From contig NC_069000.1 in assembly GCF_001194135.2 (NCBI RefSeq), forward strand, positions 3,578,935-3,613,226: a stretch of DNA of 34,292 bases. The letters are read 5' to 3'. Under the pieces are notes generated by a model that was given only the letters and a program-made list of their open reading frames with translations, did not search any database and had not been told where the DNA came from. Positions within the stretch are counted from its first letter, which is position 1. Each line of letters begins with the position of its first letter. This document shows, one piece after another, positions 12,226 through 24,226 of this stretch. This stretch comes from Octopus bimaculoides. Lineage: Eukaryota. A program made the position numbers and the translations under genes.

Positions 12226-12852
12226 NNNNNNNNNNGCGTGTGTGTAAATATGTGCTTATATATTTGTGTGTGTGTGCGTGTTTGTGTGTGTATCTGTGTG
12301 CATGTGTTTGAGCGTGTGTACATATATGCGTAATTGAAATTCAGATTACTGCAGAGAGGGAAAAAATATTTCGGGAAACAACCAACTTTTGACATATTTC
12401 CGGCTGACATTTATTTCCGTTTACGGTGTTACGTATTGCAAAATTACGTAGGCATGAACCAGCGTGCGAATTGAAATTTTGTTTAGATATATGAACAGAA
12501 AGGAAATAAAATAAGCAAGAAAGAAATATAATTACTAGTAACTGAAAGGAAATACCAACCTTCTAAATAAACACATGTTGAGGTTATGCGTACATAAACA
12601 TATTCGGTTGTTTGAAAATTACGAACAGCCATATTTAATATTTATGATTTTGTATTAATATTTTAAAATGTGTAACAGCACATCAATGTTTCACCGATAA
12701 AATAACCATATTTGTTGTTGCACTCAAAAATGTCTTGCATATAAAGGGCTACGAAACTACAATTAGAAATTTCAGACACTTTTCTCCATATTATGTTGAT
12801 TAGTTCAATATCTATAAGATGCGTTTGTAAATAATAATCTTTTTTTACTAGA

Positions 12853-13007
12853 AACACAAGGCCTGAAATTATTGAGGGGGGAACGAGTCGATCACATCGA
12901 CCTAGTGTTTAATTTATCGACACAGAAAGGCAAGGTCGACCTCTGCGTAATTTGAACTCAGAACGTAGCGGCAGACGAAATACCGCTAAGCATTTTGCTC
13001 GGCGTTC
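12853..13007 (-). mobile_element. tRNA-derived SINE, family B, head-truncated
   Basis: Plus strand reads CACAAGGCCTGAAATT...GTCGATCACATCGAC...ATTTATCGAC...GGTCGACCTC...ATTTGAACTCAGAACGTAG. Shared with 21001-21203 and other B copies. Confidence 0.88.
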
Positions 13008-13237
13008 TTATTTCTTTATTGCCCACAAGGGGCTAAACATAGAGGGGACAAACAAGGACAGACAAATAGGTTAAGTCGATTACATCGACACCAGTGCGTG
13101 ACTGGTACTTAATTTATCGACCCCGAAAGGATGAAAGGCAAAGTTGACCTCCGCAGGATTTGAACTCGGAACGTAACGGCAGACAAAATGCCGCTATTTC
13201 GCCCGACGTGCTAACGATTGTGCTAGCTGGCTTCCTT
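13008..13237 (-). mobile_element. SINE family B, variant tail, near full length
   Basis: Same core (GTCGATTACATCGAC...GGTACTTAATTTATCGACCCCGAAAGGATGAAAGGCAAAG) and a tRNA-like head, but a different tail (TATTTCTTTATTGCCCACAAGGGGCTAAACATAGAGGGGACAAACAAGG). Confidence 0.9.
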
Positions 13238-13416
13238 CGTGTGTAAATAGCAATAACGTGTGTTGCAGATTAGCAAATGGAAAATGGCTACTTCGCTGTC
13301 CAGAGTCAAGTGTAAGACATTTACATCTCAGATGATGTAAAAAGCGGCATTGTTCGTTGCTATCATCAATAGTTTCTAATCGATACCCATATATATATGG
13401 CTGATACAAACATACA

Positions 13417-13417
<1 letters not shown>

Positions 13418-13490
<73 letters not shown>

Positions 13491-13515
13491 GTCACTCTCT
13501 CTCTCTCTCTTTCTC
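13418..13515. repeat. (CT)n microsatellite
   Basis: Interrupted CT run. Confidence 0.97.
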
Positions 13516-13689
13516 ACACACACACTAGCTGAGGCTAGAGCTAGGTATCCGAGTCAGCATCTATATATTAAAGAAGAATGGAAAACAAAACCGAGGCAGG
13601 ACGAGTATCGTGCATGAGTTAGAATATTTCCTTAGAGTAATACGAATCAAAGATGGAGAAGTAGAAAACATTAATGTATGCATACACAC

Positions 13690-13759
13690 CTTGTCTCTGA
13701 TGACGGAATACCCAGTAGATGCAGACGTTGACCCGTCACCTGTCATATCACAGAAACAG
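13690..13759 (-). CDS. Candidate exon (xCFCDMTGDGSTSASTGYSVIRDK)
   Basis: Acceptor taatgttatacag (alternative tgtgatatgacag giving 13690-13739), donor AAG|gtgtgt. GC-richer island with an open frame. Product unidentified. Confidence 0.35.
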
Positions 13760-13939
13760 CTGTATAACATTAATTACCTCTACTTCTCCTTTCTTCATTC
13801 ACCTTAATCTAATTAAATATTCCAAATGATCTGAGATGCACAACCTACCTTGGTTTTGCTTTTCCATTTTCCTTTAAAATATGAATGTGCATATATATAT
13901 ATGTATACATATATGCATAAACGTACATATGTATACGTG

Positions 13940-13987
<48 letters not shown>

Positions 13988-14004
13988 AATGCACACACGC
14001 ACAT

Positions 14005-14044
<40 letters not shown>
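14005..14044. repeat. (TAGA)n microsatellite
   Basis: Pure tetranucleotide run. Confidence 0.97.
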
Positions 14045-14046
<2 letters not shown>

Positions 14047-14192
14047 CGTGGTTATGTGTGTGCGTATGTGCCACTGTGTATTAAAATCGGTGTAAACAAA
14101 ATCTTAGGTGGCTTTGTTAAAATTTAATTTACTATTTCGTGAAATCGATAACGATAAAATGATATCCGAAAGATATAAGTAACCGAAACTAC

Positions 14193-14228
<36 letters not shown>

Positions 14229-14762
14229 CTGGTTTCTGGAGACGATATTTAAAACACCCAAAATTATCTGAAAATGTTCTCTGGACTGTCACTATGTTCT
14301 GTGCTATTATGATCAGACAGAGAAATAGCAAAAAATATAAGGAAATAAAAAAAAAATCACGTTTTGTTTTTACTTTATATTTCTCACACCACATTTAACA
14401 TTCTACGTTTAAGATTTCCTCCAGTCTGAAGATATTCATTCAGTCTAAGTCATTTAGCAATGTATGGAAACATCAATTTATAGTGTTGTAAATTTTTGAA
14501 AGTGATCACAGAGAGAGATATTTATTTTCAGCATAACTGCACATGGTATGGTGAAAATGCAAACATCGACTTCTCTATCATTTTGACCACGTAAATATCT
14601 TGTTCTTTCTTTCTTTCTTTCTTTTCTTTTCTTTCTTTTTCACTTGTCTTCGAAGTTAGTTTAATATTAGCTTCTCGTAAAGAAAGAAATTACATCTAGT
14701 CTCGGTTATATATTTTACAGTATAACTGGCCAGCCAGACAACGATATGTATATCTATATATG

Positions 14763-14821
<59 letters not shown>

Positions 14822-15064
14822 ACACATATTACTGTATAAGATCGTGTTACTCAGCCAATGTTTTTCGATAGCAACATTTAGTTGCAACTACAGCGTTCTA
14901 GTTTCGATCCTAAAGCTAAATGAGTTACCATATTCTTTCTTGTTGCCCTGAAAAAGGCTTTGCTTGTATACTATCTAGCTGACTCGATGCAACTCATCAA
15001 GTATGTATTTAATATTTTCAGGCCATCCAAACTGTTTCTGCTAGGAAACTGACGTTGATAGGTT

Positions 15065-15400
15065 AATTTTTACATAAAGGACCTCGTGTCTCTGTCACAC
15101 TTTTTCAAATTTATGACAATCGACTTTCCAACTTGGTTCGGACATTTCATCATTACTACATGCTCCAAAGTTTCGAAGCAGTAAGGCGTCAGAAAGTATA
15201 CCTTCCTCCGCTCTTACCAGGCCGATGTATAGAAGTGAGGCTCTCGTAGACAGCGATGAATTTTACTTTCGAAAAACATCTGGTCTCGTTGATGGCTATC
15301 ACATCGAAACGATGTCAACCGCCTGTTCAACTGAATACATCTCAGCCTGGATATATAAGCTATTTTTCCACACATACAAATTAACATATGGAATTCTTCA
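15065..15400 (-). pseudogene. Decayed APE-type endonuclease fragment of a LINE ORF2
   Basis: Minus strand gives FDVIAINET...VYESLTSIHRPGKSGG, matching the DxIxxxET...Y...R....GG motifs at the start of APE domains. It continues FETLEHVVMM...SIVINL, with stops and frameshifts. Confidence 0.5.
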
Positions 15401-15893
15401 GATATTTAATTATACCTTAGTTTTTAGCTTAATTTTTAGATTAGACGCATATTGTTACTCTATTTAATCATTAAATAGCTATCATTTTAGGTGATGCCAT
15501 CGACCAAATAGTTTGTTAGCTTTGTAATTGAAAAATATATGCTACAGCTTGGAATTAATGCAACAATGGCGCAGGGACGTTGTGTTTCGTACTCGCGTAC
15601 TTATCAAAGAAAGTACGCGTTGCAGTCAATTTTGGGTTCATAACACATTTTATATATATACTCTGATTTGCGTAATCAGTTCGTTTTGTCCCGCCTCTGA
15701 AGCCAAACGTTATCATCAGATTAGAAAATCAGAATTATATTTTATTCAGAGTTACATATAAAGAAACTTGTATTTTCCATATTTATCACTGAGCTCCACC
15801 AACAGTTGACTTTTGTTGTTTAGCTCCTATGTACACACATACAAACACACGCACGAACACACACACATACACATATTTATGCATATATATTTA

Positions 15894-15948
<55 letters not shown>

Positions 15949-16429
15949 GCATATACACTTATATGTACAGATATGTAAATGTATATGAATATATACATAT
16001 ATGTGAGTGTGTGTATGAGTGTGTTTATACATGTTTATGTGTGTGTGTGTGTATACGTGTATGAGTGTGTTTATACGTGTTTGCGTGTGTGTGGAGATGT
16101 ATGCATTGTTTGGTGTGATATTTCATGAAATGAATAGGATCAGTCATAAAAAATACATGCACAAACGTAAATATGTAATATGTATAAATATATATGTAAA
16201 CATACACTTAATATATATATGTATATTTATATATACAAACATACATATAAGAACTGATATATGTATGTATATATATTTATATTTAACTAAACCACGAAAA
16301 CAGCCAGCGTAAACAAGGAAGCCAATACAATTGATAAGCCTTCATATGCAGAGAAGAAGCAAGACTTGAATACAGAGAGAAGAACGTACATTTAAAGATT
16401 TCACAGTGAAAACACTCTAACTTAAACTC

Positions 16430-16537
16430 CCAGTAGTATAACAAACCCAACAATATATCAGAAGATATTACAAGCTTGAGAGAAGAAATAGTAAAAGAAG
16501 CTGACATCTTGAAGTCCCATTGCAAAGAATGAGAGAG

Positions 16538-16581
<44 letters not shown>

Positions 16582-17100
16582 ATAAAAAAAAGAATAAAAC
16601 TTCGACCAAAGTTGAAAGTGAACGGGGATTGAATGCAAAGAATATCAGTGTTTCTGGTTTTTGATATGGAACCACCAAGAAGTAATCTCAATAAGCGGAG
16701 TGAATCAGGTCCTTTATGTAACTGCCACAATTGTTTCTATAGTGACTGGACGTAAGATTGGAACGAAGTGTAAAGAAAGAAGAAAGAAAAAAAAATAACA
16801 TATAGACTATCATGGAAAAGAAGGACAAAAGGAGAAGAAAGAGTTGATTGTAAAAAGAAAAAAAAAATCTCTTTTGTTCTTCGGGATATCGCAAGAAAGT
16901 AGATGGAAGTCGAACAAAACAAACAAAAGGATATTTGTAAATAATACAATATATATACCACTGCGGGGAGAAAAATAAGCTTACACAAGAAATATACTAA
17001 CCCTAATACATATCGGCTGAAAAGATTCAGAAATGCCAAATCGACCATGAGAATAAGAATGAAGCCATCTTAAAATGAAGGAAATTATGTACGGAATTAA
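16430..17100 (+). mobile_element. Possible highly decayed retroelement gag/ORF1-like sequence interrupted by (GA)n
   Basis: Broken frames give a coiled-coil-like stretch (NISEDITSLREEIVKEADILKSH) and Cys/His fragments (GPLCNCHNC, YHCGEKN) reminiscent of zinc knuckles. No complete CCHC motif. Confidence 0.22.
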
Positions 17101-17363
17101 ACTAAAAGAAAACTACAATCTTAAACACACGGATAAGAATCAGGAAAAAATCACGCCCTGCGGTAAGTATTGTTTATTTGCGACGTTAGAAGTTATATAG
17201 ACATGTTGGTAAATTTGGATTTCGTTATAGGCCGCCGGGAGACAAGAATCCCGATATTTTTAAGTAAATACCTTCGTCGGTAAGAAGTTATTTGTATTAT
17301 TATTTCTCTGCTATCACACTTATATGCACATATATATATNNNNNNNNNNGTGTATTGTGTGTG

Positions 17364-17401
<38 letters not shown>

Positions 17402-17574
17402 TATATATGCAGAAAGAGATATATAGATAGAAAATAGATAGACAGACAGACGGACGGACGGACAGGCAGACAGACAGACAGACGGACGGACAGACGGACT
17501 AACAGACAGATAGATAAATAGATAGATAGATGCGCGCACACACACATATGCGTATGTTTATTAAAAGTGTCCAC

Positions 17575-17685
17575 CTCAAGAAGTTCACGTGAAACATCAA
17601 GATCGTCGTTCCCCATGGCATATACAGCGATATTTGTTGTATGCCTTATTAAATACACAGTTTGAGGCAAATTGCAGGACAATTT
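17575..17685 (-). CDS. Internal coding exon of a putative VWA-domain protein (alpha5-beta5-alpha6 region)
   Basis: Acceptor cttaatctatttcag, donor GAG|gtggac (weak). 111 bp, phase 0 to 0, and only one frame is open: KLSCNLPQTVYLIRHTTNIAVYAMGNDDLDVSRELLE. Resembles the VWA pattern L...V..hR..xIxVYAhG....D..ELL. Confidence 0.55.
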
Positions 17686-17812
17686 CTGAAATAGATTAAG
17701 ATGATAAACGAAAGAATTATGTGTGTTATTGATACTCCAGTATAGAAACTATCCAGAAATACATTGCAGACATTGCTGGGTTACAAAATGAGATGTATAT
17801 GAGAAGTTCTAC

Positions 17813-18171
17813 CAGGGTTTTTCAACCCTTTTTTTACCTATGGACTTCTTTGATTCCTGTTTTCCTCAAGTAACACCTCATAGTTATTTGATGTTTGTAA
17901 AAACCCGATTATATTTTTATGGTTAAATATTGTTAGCAATAGTATAAAAATGTTTTGTTTTGTTTTAAATATGCTGTTTATTGTAGAGGTATATCCAATT
18001 TATTGCTCATATAGGCGCAGGAGTGGCTGTGTGGTAAGTAGCTTGCTTACCAACCACACAGTTCCGGGTTCAGTCCCACTGCGTGGCACCATAATCAAGT
18101 GTTTCTACTATAGCCTCGGGCCAACCAAAGCCTTGTGAGTGGATTTCATTAACGGAAACTGAAAGGCTGTC

Positions 18172-18232
<61 letters not shown>

Positions 18233-18495
18233 GTGTGTGTGTGTGTTTCTGTGTGCCTCTGTGTGTGTGTGTGTAGGTATGTTTGTTTGTGTGTCTGTTT
18301 GTCCTCTCAATATCGCTTTACAACCGACACTCGTGTGTTCACGCCCCCGTAACTTAGCGGTTCCCTTAAGAGTCCGATAAAATAAATACTAGGCTTACAA
18401 AGAATAAGTCGAGTGCTCCAGCATGGCCGCAGTCAAATGACTGAACATTTTATATAGATCCCAAAGGCCATGTGGACCTCATTTGAGAACCACTA
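17813..18495. mobile_element. hAT-like non-autonomous element (MITE) interrupted by a SINE-A
   Basis: Left end CAGGGTTTTTCAACCC. Right end ATTTGAGAACCACTA (reverse complement TAGTGGTTCTCAAAT). Both approximate the CAGTGGTTCTCAA terminal repeat of hAT MITEs, and there are subterminal TGGAC motifs. No clear 8-bp TSD survives. Confidence 0.65.
18014..18445 (+). mobile_element. SINE family A with expanded internal (TA)n/(TG)n
   Basis: Same head, core and tail as 6383-6762. Confidence 0.93.
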
Positions 18496-18756
18496 GAGTA
18501 CAGCTTATTAAAATCTGCGTAGTTATTCGTATCGATTAACGAATAAAATTTGGCTTCAAAGATTACTAATGCACACTGGATTATGGCAAAGCTTTTAGTT
18601 TCAACCAGTTGTGGACTAAACGGATCAGAATCGAAATTTCGTCAGATGGATTAGTTTGTGTAATTTGTACAAAGTTTCTCTGCCCTATGTTCAAATATAA
18701 CCGACAGCAATATTGCATGTGATCCCTCCAAGGTCCGCAGAAAATGCTCACGCTGC

Positions 18757-18846
18757 AGTAATAAACGGGTGGCAACCTTACGACGTATATACCCCATCAC
18801 AAATTGGAAGGGTACTACGTCGCAAGGTTGCCACTCGTTTATTACT
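18757..18846. other. Inverted repeat / hairpin (31-bp arms, 28-nt spacer)
   Basis: AGTAATAAACGGGTGGCAACCTTACGACGTA (18757-18787) is the reverse complement of 18816-18846 at 29 of 31 positions. Confidence 0.95.
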
Positions 18847-18953
18847 CAGTGGACTGCAGCATCGGGAAATGAAGTGTTTAACTGAAAAGCACAACGTGTA
18901 GCAGGTCTAGGACTCGAAACCACGACCTCAAGACTAACCACTAGGCTACGCGT
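18847..18953 (-). mobile_element. SINE family C, head/core fragment
   Basis: CAGTGGACTGCAGCATCGGGAAATGAAGTG...GACTCGAAACCACGACC...CTAACCACTAGGCTACGCG aligns with the head half of 3428-3681. Confidence 0.7.
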
Positions 18954-19304
18954 ATTGTCCAATAACGCAATACTTTACCGAAATATATATTTTCAACTTT
19001 TCGTTTTTTATATTTCGTTTGCAAGATTCGTGATGTGAACTCATATTGAAACTTGAGTTGTGTCTCGAAGGGGTCATTATGTCAATACCAAGCAAACACA
19101 TGTGCAGGTTCTATTTCACTTCTTCATTTTTATTAGTCAATTGCCAAACAACTTAAGAAAGCGTTTCATTGGTTATTTGTCTTGTAAATCATTCAACCAG
19201 TTATCAATCACAATCTTTTCGACGTCGTTGTTGAGGTTATTAGTGACTCCCTCTCTTTACTCCCGGAGACAGCCCTGGAGTAATAGTGCTGCTAAGAGAA
19301 AGAG

Positions 19305-19660
19305 AGAGAGACAGAGAGAGAGAGAGACAGAGAGAGAGAGAGACAGAGAGAGACAGAGAGACAGAGAGAGAGAGAGACAGAGAGAGAGAGCAAGAGAGAG
19401 TGGGAGAGAGAGAGGAAGAGGAGGAGGAGGAGAAGGAGGAGGAAAAAAGTAGGAGTTGATGGTAATGGGGACAGCATCAAGCTGCTGGTGGGGATGAAGG
19501 CGATATTCATGTTATGATGTTGTTGCTGTTGTTTTTGATGATGATGGTGATGAAAATGATGATGATTGATGATGATGACGATCATGATGATGATGATGAT
19601 GATGATGATGATGTTGAGGATAAGGAGGAGGTGGTGGTAGTGGTGGTGATTTGATGTACA
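19305..19660. repeat. (GA)/(GACA) plus (GAG)n/(GAT)n low-complexity tract
   Basis: Simple-repeat runs. Confidence 0.95.
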
Positions 19661-20104
19661 GCAAAGATATAATATGAAGACGTTGATTCTCTCTACCATA
19701 ATTTGCAAGTGTTGAGTGCAATCCAGGTGAAATGTTAAAATATTTGGCGTGGGTTGGGAGGGGGGGAAGCAAGACATATTAGATGATTACATTATTAATA
19801 CTGACCAAATTCAAAATATGTTATACTTTCATAAAACAATTTATAATGGCGGAAATGAAATATATTTACATCTGTCAGTAATTGTAAATGAATTATAGAT
19901 AGTATTATTTATGTTGTTAAATATTAAACAAAAGATAATTGAGACTCTTCGTTTACCGATTTTAAGTAATATCGTTCAGAAAAGCATTTTGCAACCATAT
20001 CACACTACTTTCTTCAGATATGTAACTTTATCTCATCAGTAAGTTAGTCCATTGCATTTTTGTTGTTTTTCTAATTTCCTAATCCTTTTTTTTTTTTTAG
20101 AATC

Positions 20105-20170
20105 AGGTGCAGGTGTGCTTGCCAATAACACGGTTCCGGGTTCAGTCCCACTGCGTGGCACGTTGGGCAA
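20105..20170 (+). mobile_element. SINE-A 5' fragment
   Basis: GGTTCCGGGTTCAGTCCCACTGCGTGGCACGTTGGGCAA matches the SINE-A B-box/core at about 18061-18090. Confidence 0.85.
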
Positions 20171-20298
20171 TATTTTATCGACCCCGAAAGGATGAAATGC
20201 AAAGTTGGCCCCGGTAGCATTCGAATCGAGAACATAAAGGCGGACGAAATGCCGCTAAGCAATTTTTCCGGCGCAGTAACGATTTTTCCAATTCGGCG
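20171..20298 (-). mobile_element. SINE-B 5' half
   Basis: TTTATCGACCCCGAAAGGATGAAATGCAAAGTTG...GGACGAAATGCCGCTAAGC...AACGATT matches other B copies. Confidence 0.85.
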
Positions 20299-20521
20299 CA
20301 AAAGATATTGTACATATTAACTTGAAATCATCCTAAGACAATTACAAAGTTACCAATTGTAACAAAAAGAAAAAAAAATGATTTATGTTATAATCACAAT
20401 ATACGTCATTTCAACAAATTATATCTTGCAAGCTTCTGTTTTATATTTGATAAAAACTAATTAACGATATCCACCTCGAGGATTTAGTGAGAAATACAGA
20501 TGTTTTTTTTTCTAATAAATA

Positions 20522-20554
20522 AATAGATAGATAGATAGATAGATATATAGATAT

Positions 20555-20608
<54 letters not shown>
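20522..20608. repeat. (TAGA)n microsatellite
   Basis: Tetranucleotide run with TATA interruptions. Confidence 0.97.
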
Positions 20609-20609
<1 letters not shown>

Positions 20610-20912
20610 CTAGAGATTGAAGCTGATAAATAAAAATACGTACTACTTAAAGAACTGTTTTCAAATGATATATTGACTCGTTAATTAACAGCAAGCTTTC
20701 TTAAACTAATATGCGTCATAATATAGCAGTTAACAAATACAATTCCTGTCTCTGGAATAATTCAGAAATTCTGGTTGAAACGCATTTTTACCATAATGCC
20801 ATTTGAACCAAAACAAGGTTCATACAAAACACGTTCTTTTATTTAGATATTGAGTAATAGGTGTTAAGTTTTGAAACAAAGAAAAAGAAGGGAACATATA
20901 TATATATATAGG

Positions 20913-20998
20913 AAAAATTTGAACTCAGAACGTAACAGCGGACGAAATACTGGCATCATTTCTCCCGGCATGCTAACGATTCTGCGAGCTCACCGCCT
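20913..20998 (-). mobile_element. SINE-B head fragment
   Basis: AATTTGAACTCAGAACGTAAC...GCTAACGATTCTGCGAGCTCACCGCC (B box and A box on the minus strand). Confidence 0.85.
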
Positions 20999-21000
20999 TA

Positions 21001-21203
21001 ATAATAATAACAATAATAATAATAGTAATAATCCTTTCTATTATAGGCACAATACCTGATATTTGGAGGGAACGGACAAGCTGATTACATCGACCCCAGT
21101 GTTTTGCTGGTACTTAATTTATCGACTCCGAAAGAATGAAAGGCAAGTCGACTTGGGCGGAATTTGAACTCAGAACGTAAAGGCAGATCAAATACCGCTA
21201 AGA
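21001..21203 (-). mobile_element. SINE-B with (ATT)n tail, head-truncated
   Basis: (AAT)n-CCTTTCTATTATAGGCAC...GATTACATCGACCCCAG...GGCGGAATTTGAACTCAGAACG...CCGCTAAG. Confidence 0.9.
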
Positions 21204-21248
21204 ATTAATGATATTAGTAGCAATAAGAAAAACAACAACAACAACAGC

Positions 21249-21425
<177 letters not shown>

Positions 21426-22665
21426 GTTTGTATAATGCTAGTAAAGTATACACAGGTAGAAAGACAAAGTTTTGAAGAATTTTCCTTAAGATAACGGAAA
21501 AGTTTTCATGATCTTTTCGTTTGAATATTTTTCTTTTTTTATATTTTTGTTAAGCTTGATGGGATGGTGTAGGGTTTTGTTCCTTTTGAAGGATCAAATA
21601 AAAGAATGCATTGTTATGATGAAAGTAATAACGGGAATAAATTAGAACATATATTATAAGATTTATAGACCTATTTCACGTAACTTGGCAACTTAGAAAT
21701 CAGTTAATAATACAAAAACAGAATAATGATAAAGAACCTTCGTCCTATCCAAAAATAAGTAAAATTGTCAAAACAAAATGAAATACAAAACGATGTAATG
21801 TTGTAGTTTAAGTATAAAGAATGAGAAAAAATAATAAGTTGAAAGAAGAAAAAGTAGAGAGAGAATAATGCATTGAATGAAATAGGAAAAGAAGGAGAAT
21901 ATGCTAGAATAAAAGATGAAGTATGGAAGAGAAGAAAACGTAAACAGAAGAATTAAAATGTAGGGGAAATAAGATATAATGTAAGGCATGTAACGAGAAA
22001 GAAAGGAAGGAAGAAAGCAAAAGAGGCAAGAAAGGTATGAAGAAGGAAGTAATATAGATAGAATGAAGGATATAAACGAAGAAATGTGGGCTATAAATAA
22101 AGAACTAGAATGATATATAACTTGGTGTGTTGAAAGAAATGGGGGATATATCAAAATCTTTGACAGGAATAAGGAATGGCGGTGTGGAATGTGTTAGCAT
22201 GGAAATGAGTCATTATTATTCAACAAAACTTCTATCTCGTCGAACAAAAGGCAAGTACAGGAGCAAATATAATCAAAAAAATAAATTTGAATGATATATT
22301 TTGGTATAATAATACCTTTGTGTGTATGTCAGTGTTAGACGAGTATCACACGTATGTGTTTCGTTTGAACAACCAAGAAGCCGAGATCAAATTGTATCAC
22401 TTTACATGAATGCCATTAAAATCGTTGCTGATCGAATATCAAAATTTAAAAATGGAAAATTGAGGTGGAAGTTGACATTTCGAGTATGGGAAGGGTCCGG
22501 AGAGAACGAATATATGTATATGTGTTGGTGTGCTTCTGTTTATGTTTTTATATGTATAGTATATATAGAGAGAAATTGACAGATAAAAAGGCAGATGAAC
22601 GGAAAGAGGCAGATAAAAGGCGAGAAAAAATTGTTTTGACTGTTCTTTCGTTAATAAAATCTCAC

Positions 22666-22739
22666 ATCCGTATACGGAGGTCTTCAGGTGAAGTTTCAAC
22701 GTTAAGATATTTCGCAAATTTTACCTCCTTCCACGTAGA
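22666..22739 (-). CDS. Candidate exon (STWKEVKFAKYLNVETSPEDLRIRx)
   Basis: Acceptor gttttaatag, donor AT|gtgaga. 74 bp, one open frame, phase 0 to 2. Product unidentified. Confidence 0.3.
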
Positions 22740-23362
22740 CTATTAAAACCTTACTTCAAGTGTATGGTTCGGCCAGGCATTAGATTTTCTCATTATTGCC
22801 GTTCGTTTGATATAGATGACATAAATATTTTTCCACAATAAAATTTATTATTTTGTCGTATCAAATGCTCGACTGCTGACTGAATAATATCAAATTATTG
22901 TAATCATAAGATTTCTACACTCAGCACATTCTCATATAATAGTGTTATATTTCTGCTCATTCTGATCTATGGATGTGTGACCTAATTTTGAAATTGCCTT
23001 CATCCATACCAAAATATCACTTTCATGCTTCAAATCTATTGACTTAATGTTAAGCCCATTTGATTTGTTTACTGAATACTTTACCATTAATCTGTCATAT
23101 CTATTTGGTCATACAATTACATTAGACGCTTTCATATTATCGGGACGTCGGTCGCTTTGATGTTATCTATTGAGTTCATATTTATTAAATAAATTATAGT
23201 TCCTGAGGCAGACTCTGAAATATTCTTTCACTATATGATATTGAAATGTACTCAGATGTAGGACAAATCTTCCAGTGGCACGAACAAGCGCTGGTACACA
23301 CACAAACGAATTTTCCATGCACACAAACGCATGTGCTTAGATATATCACCCATTCAACACCC

Positions 23363-23396
<34 letters not shown>

Positions 23397-23935
23397 TCAT
23401 TATCTAGATTAAATTTCATTTATCTACGATTGTATCTGCCTTTTAGTCTTTCTCTTTTTCTCTCTCTCTCACTTCCTCTTCCTCTCTTTGTGTCTCATTC
23501 TCTGTCTTTCGATATATATAGAGAGGTTTGGGAAAGATCAAGATAAATGCAACCTTTCGATTTCCCAATATTCACCGCGATTTTTGAAAAGTTGCTAAAC
23601 TCTATTATTATTATATTCCATATATTGGAATTTTGCCCGCTAATTCAGCTGCAAAATTCTGCAGTTGGAATTGCTGTTTATGGCAATTGGAGACAGGAGT
23701 TTCCATTAGTATATTTCCAGAGTCTATTTTTTAAGTGTTTATTTTGTTTCCTTTTGTGTGTATGGATGGAGTTGCCCCGATGGAATTACTAAAAAAAGTA
23801 TTTTATATAGAAAATCATTGATTTTCGTTTTCCTTCCAAGCACTTAGTAGCCATGGTTTTTCACTTTTATTCTCTTCTGATTACTATTTCTCTAACGTTC
23901 TTACTGTTACTGCCATAGCAACAAGAGTAATTGCT

Positions 23936-24139
23936 AATAATAATAATAATAACAATTTTAAATTTTGGCACAGCATTTATTGAGTGGAGGGAGGAGAAAT
24001 CGATTGTATCAACCCCAGTACTTGACTGGTAATTAATTTATCGACACTGAATGGATGAACGGCCAAGTTGATCTCGACGAAATTTGAGCTGAGACCTTAA
24101 AGGCGGATGAAATAATGCTAAATATTGTATTCGGCATGC

Positions 24140-24140
<1 letters not shown>
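23936..24140 (-). mobile_element. SINE-B, decayed, with (ATT)n tail
   Basis: (AAT)n...AAATTTTGGCAC...TCGATTGTATCAACCCCAGT...AATTTATCGACAC...GGCGGATGAAAT...GGCATGCTA. Confidence 0.8.

Positions 24141-24226
<86 letters not shown>

Noticed and set aside
19130-19300. GC-richer island with partial frames (GVTNNLNNDVEKIVIDNWLNDLQDK* on the minus strand)
   Set aside because: All frames from the available acceptors hit stops, and no donor fits.
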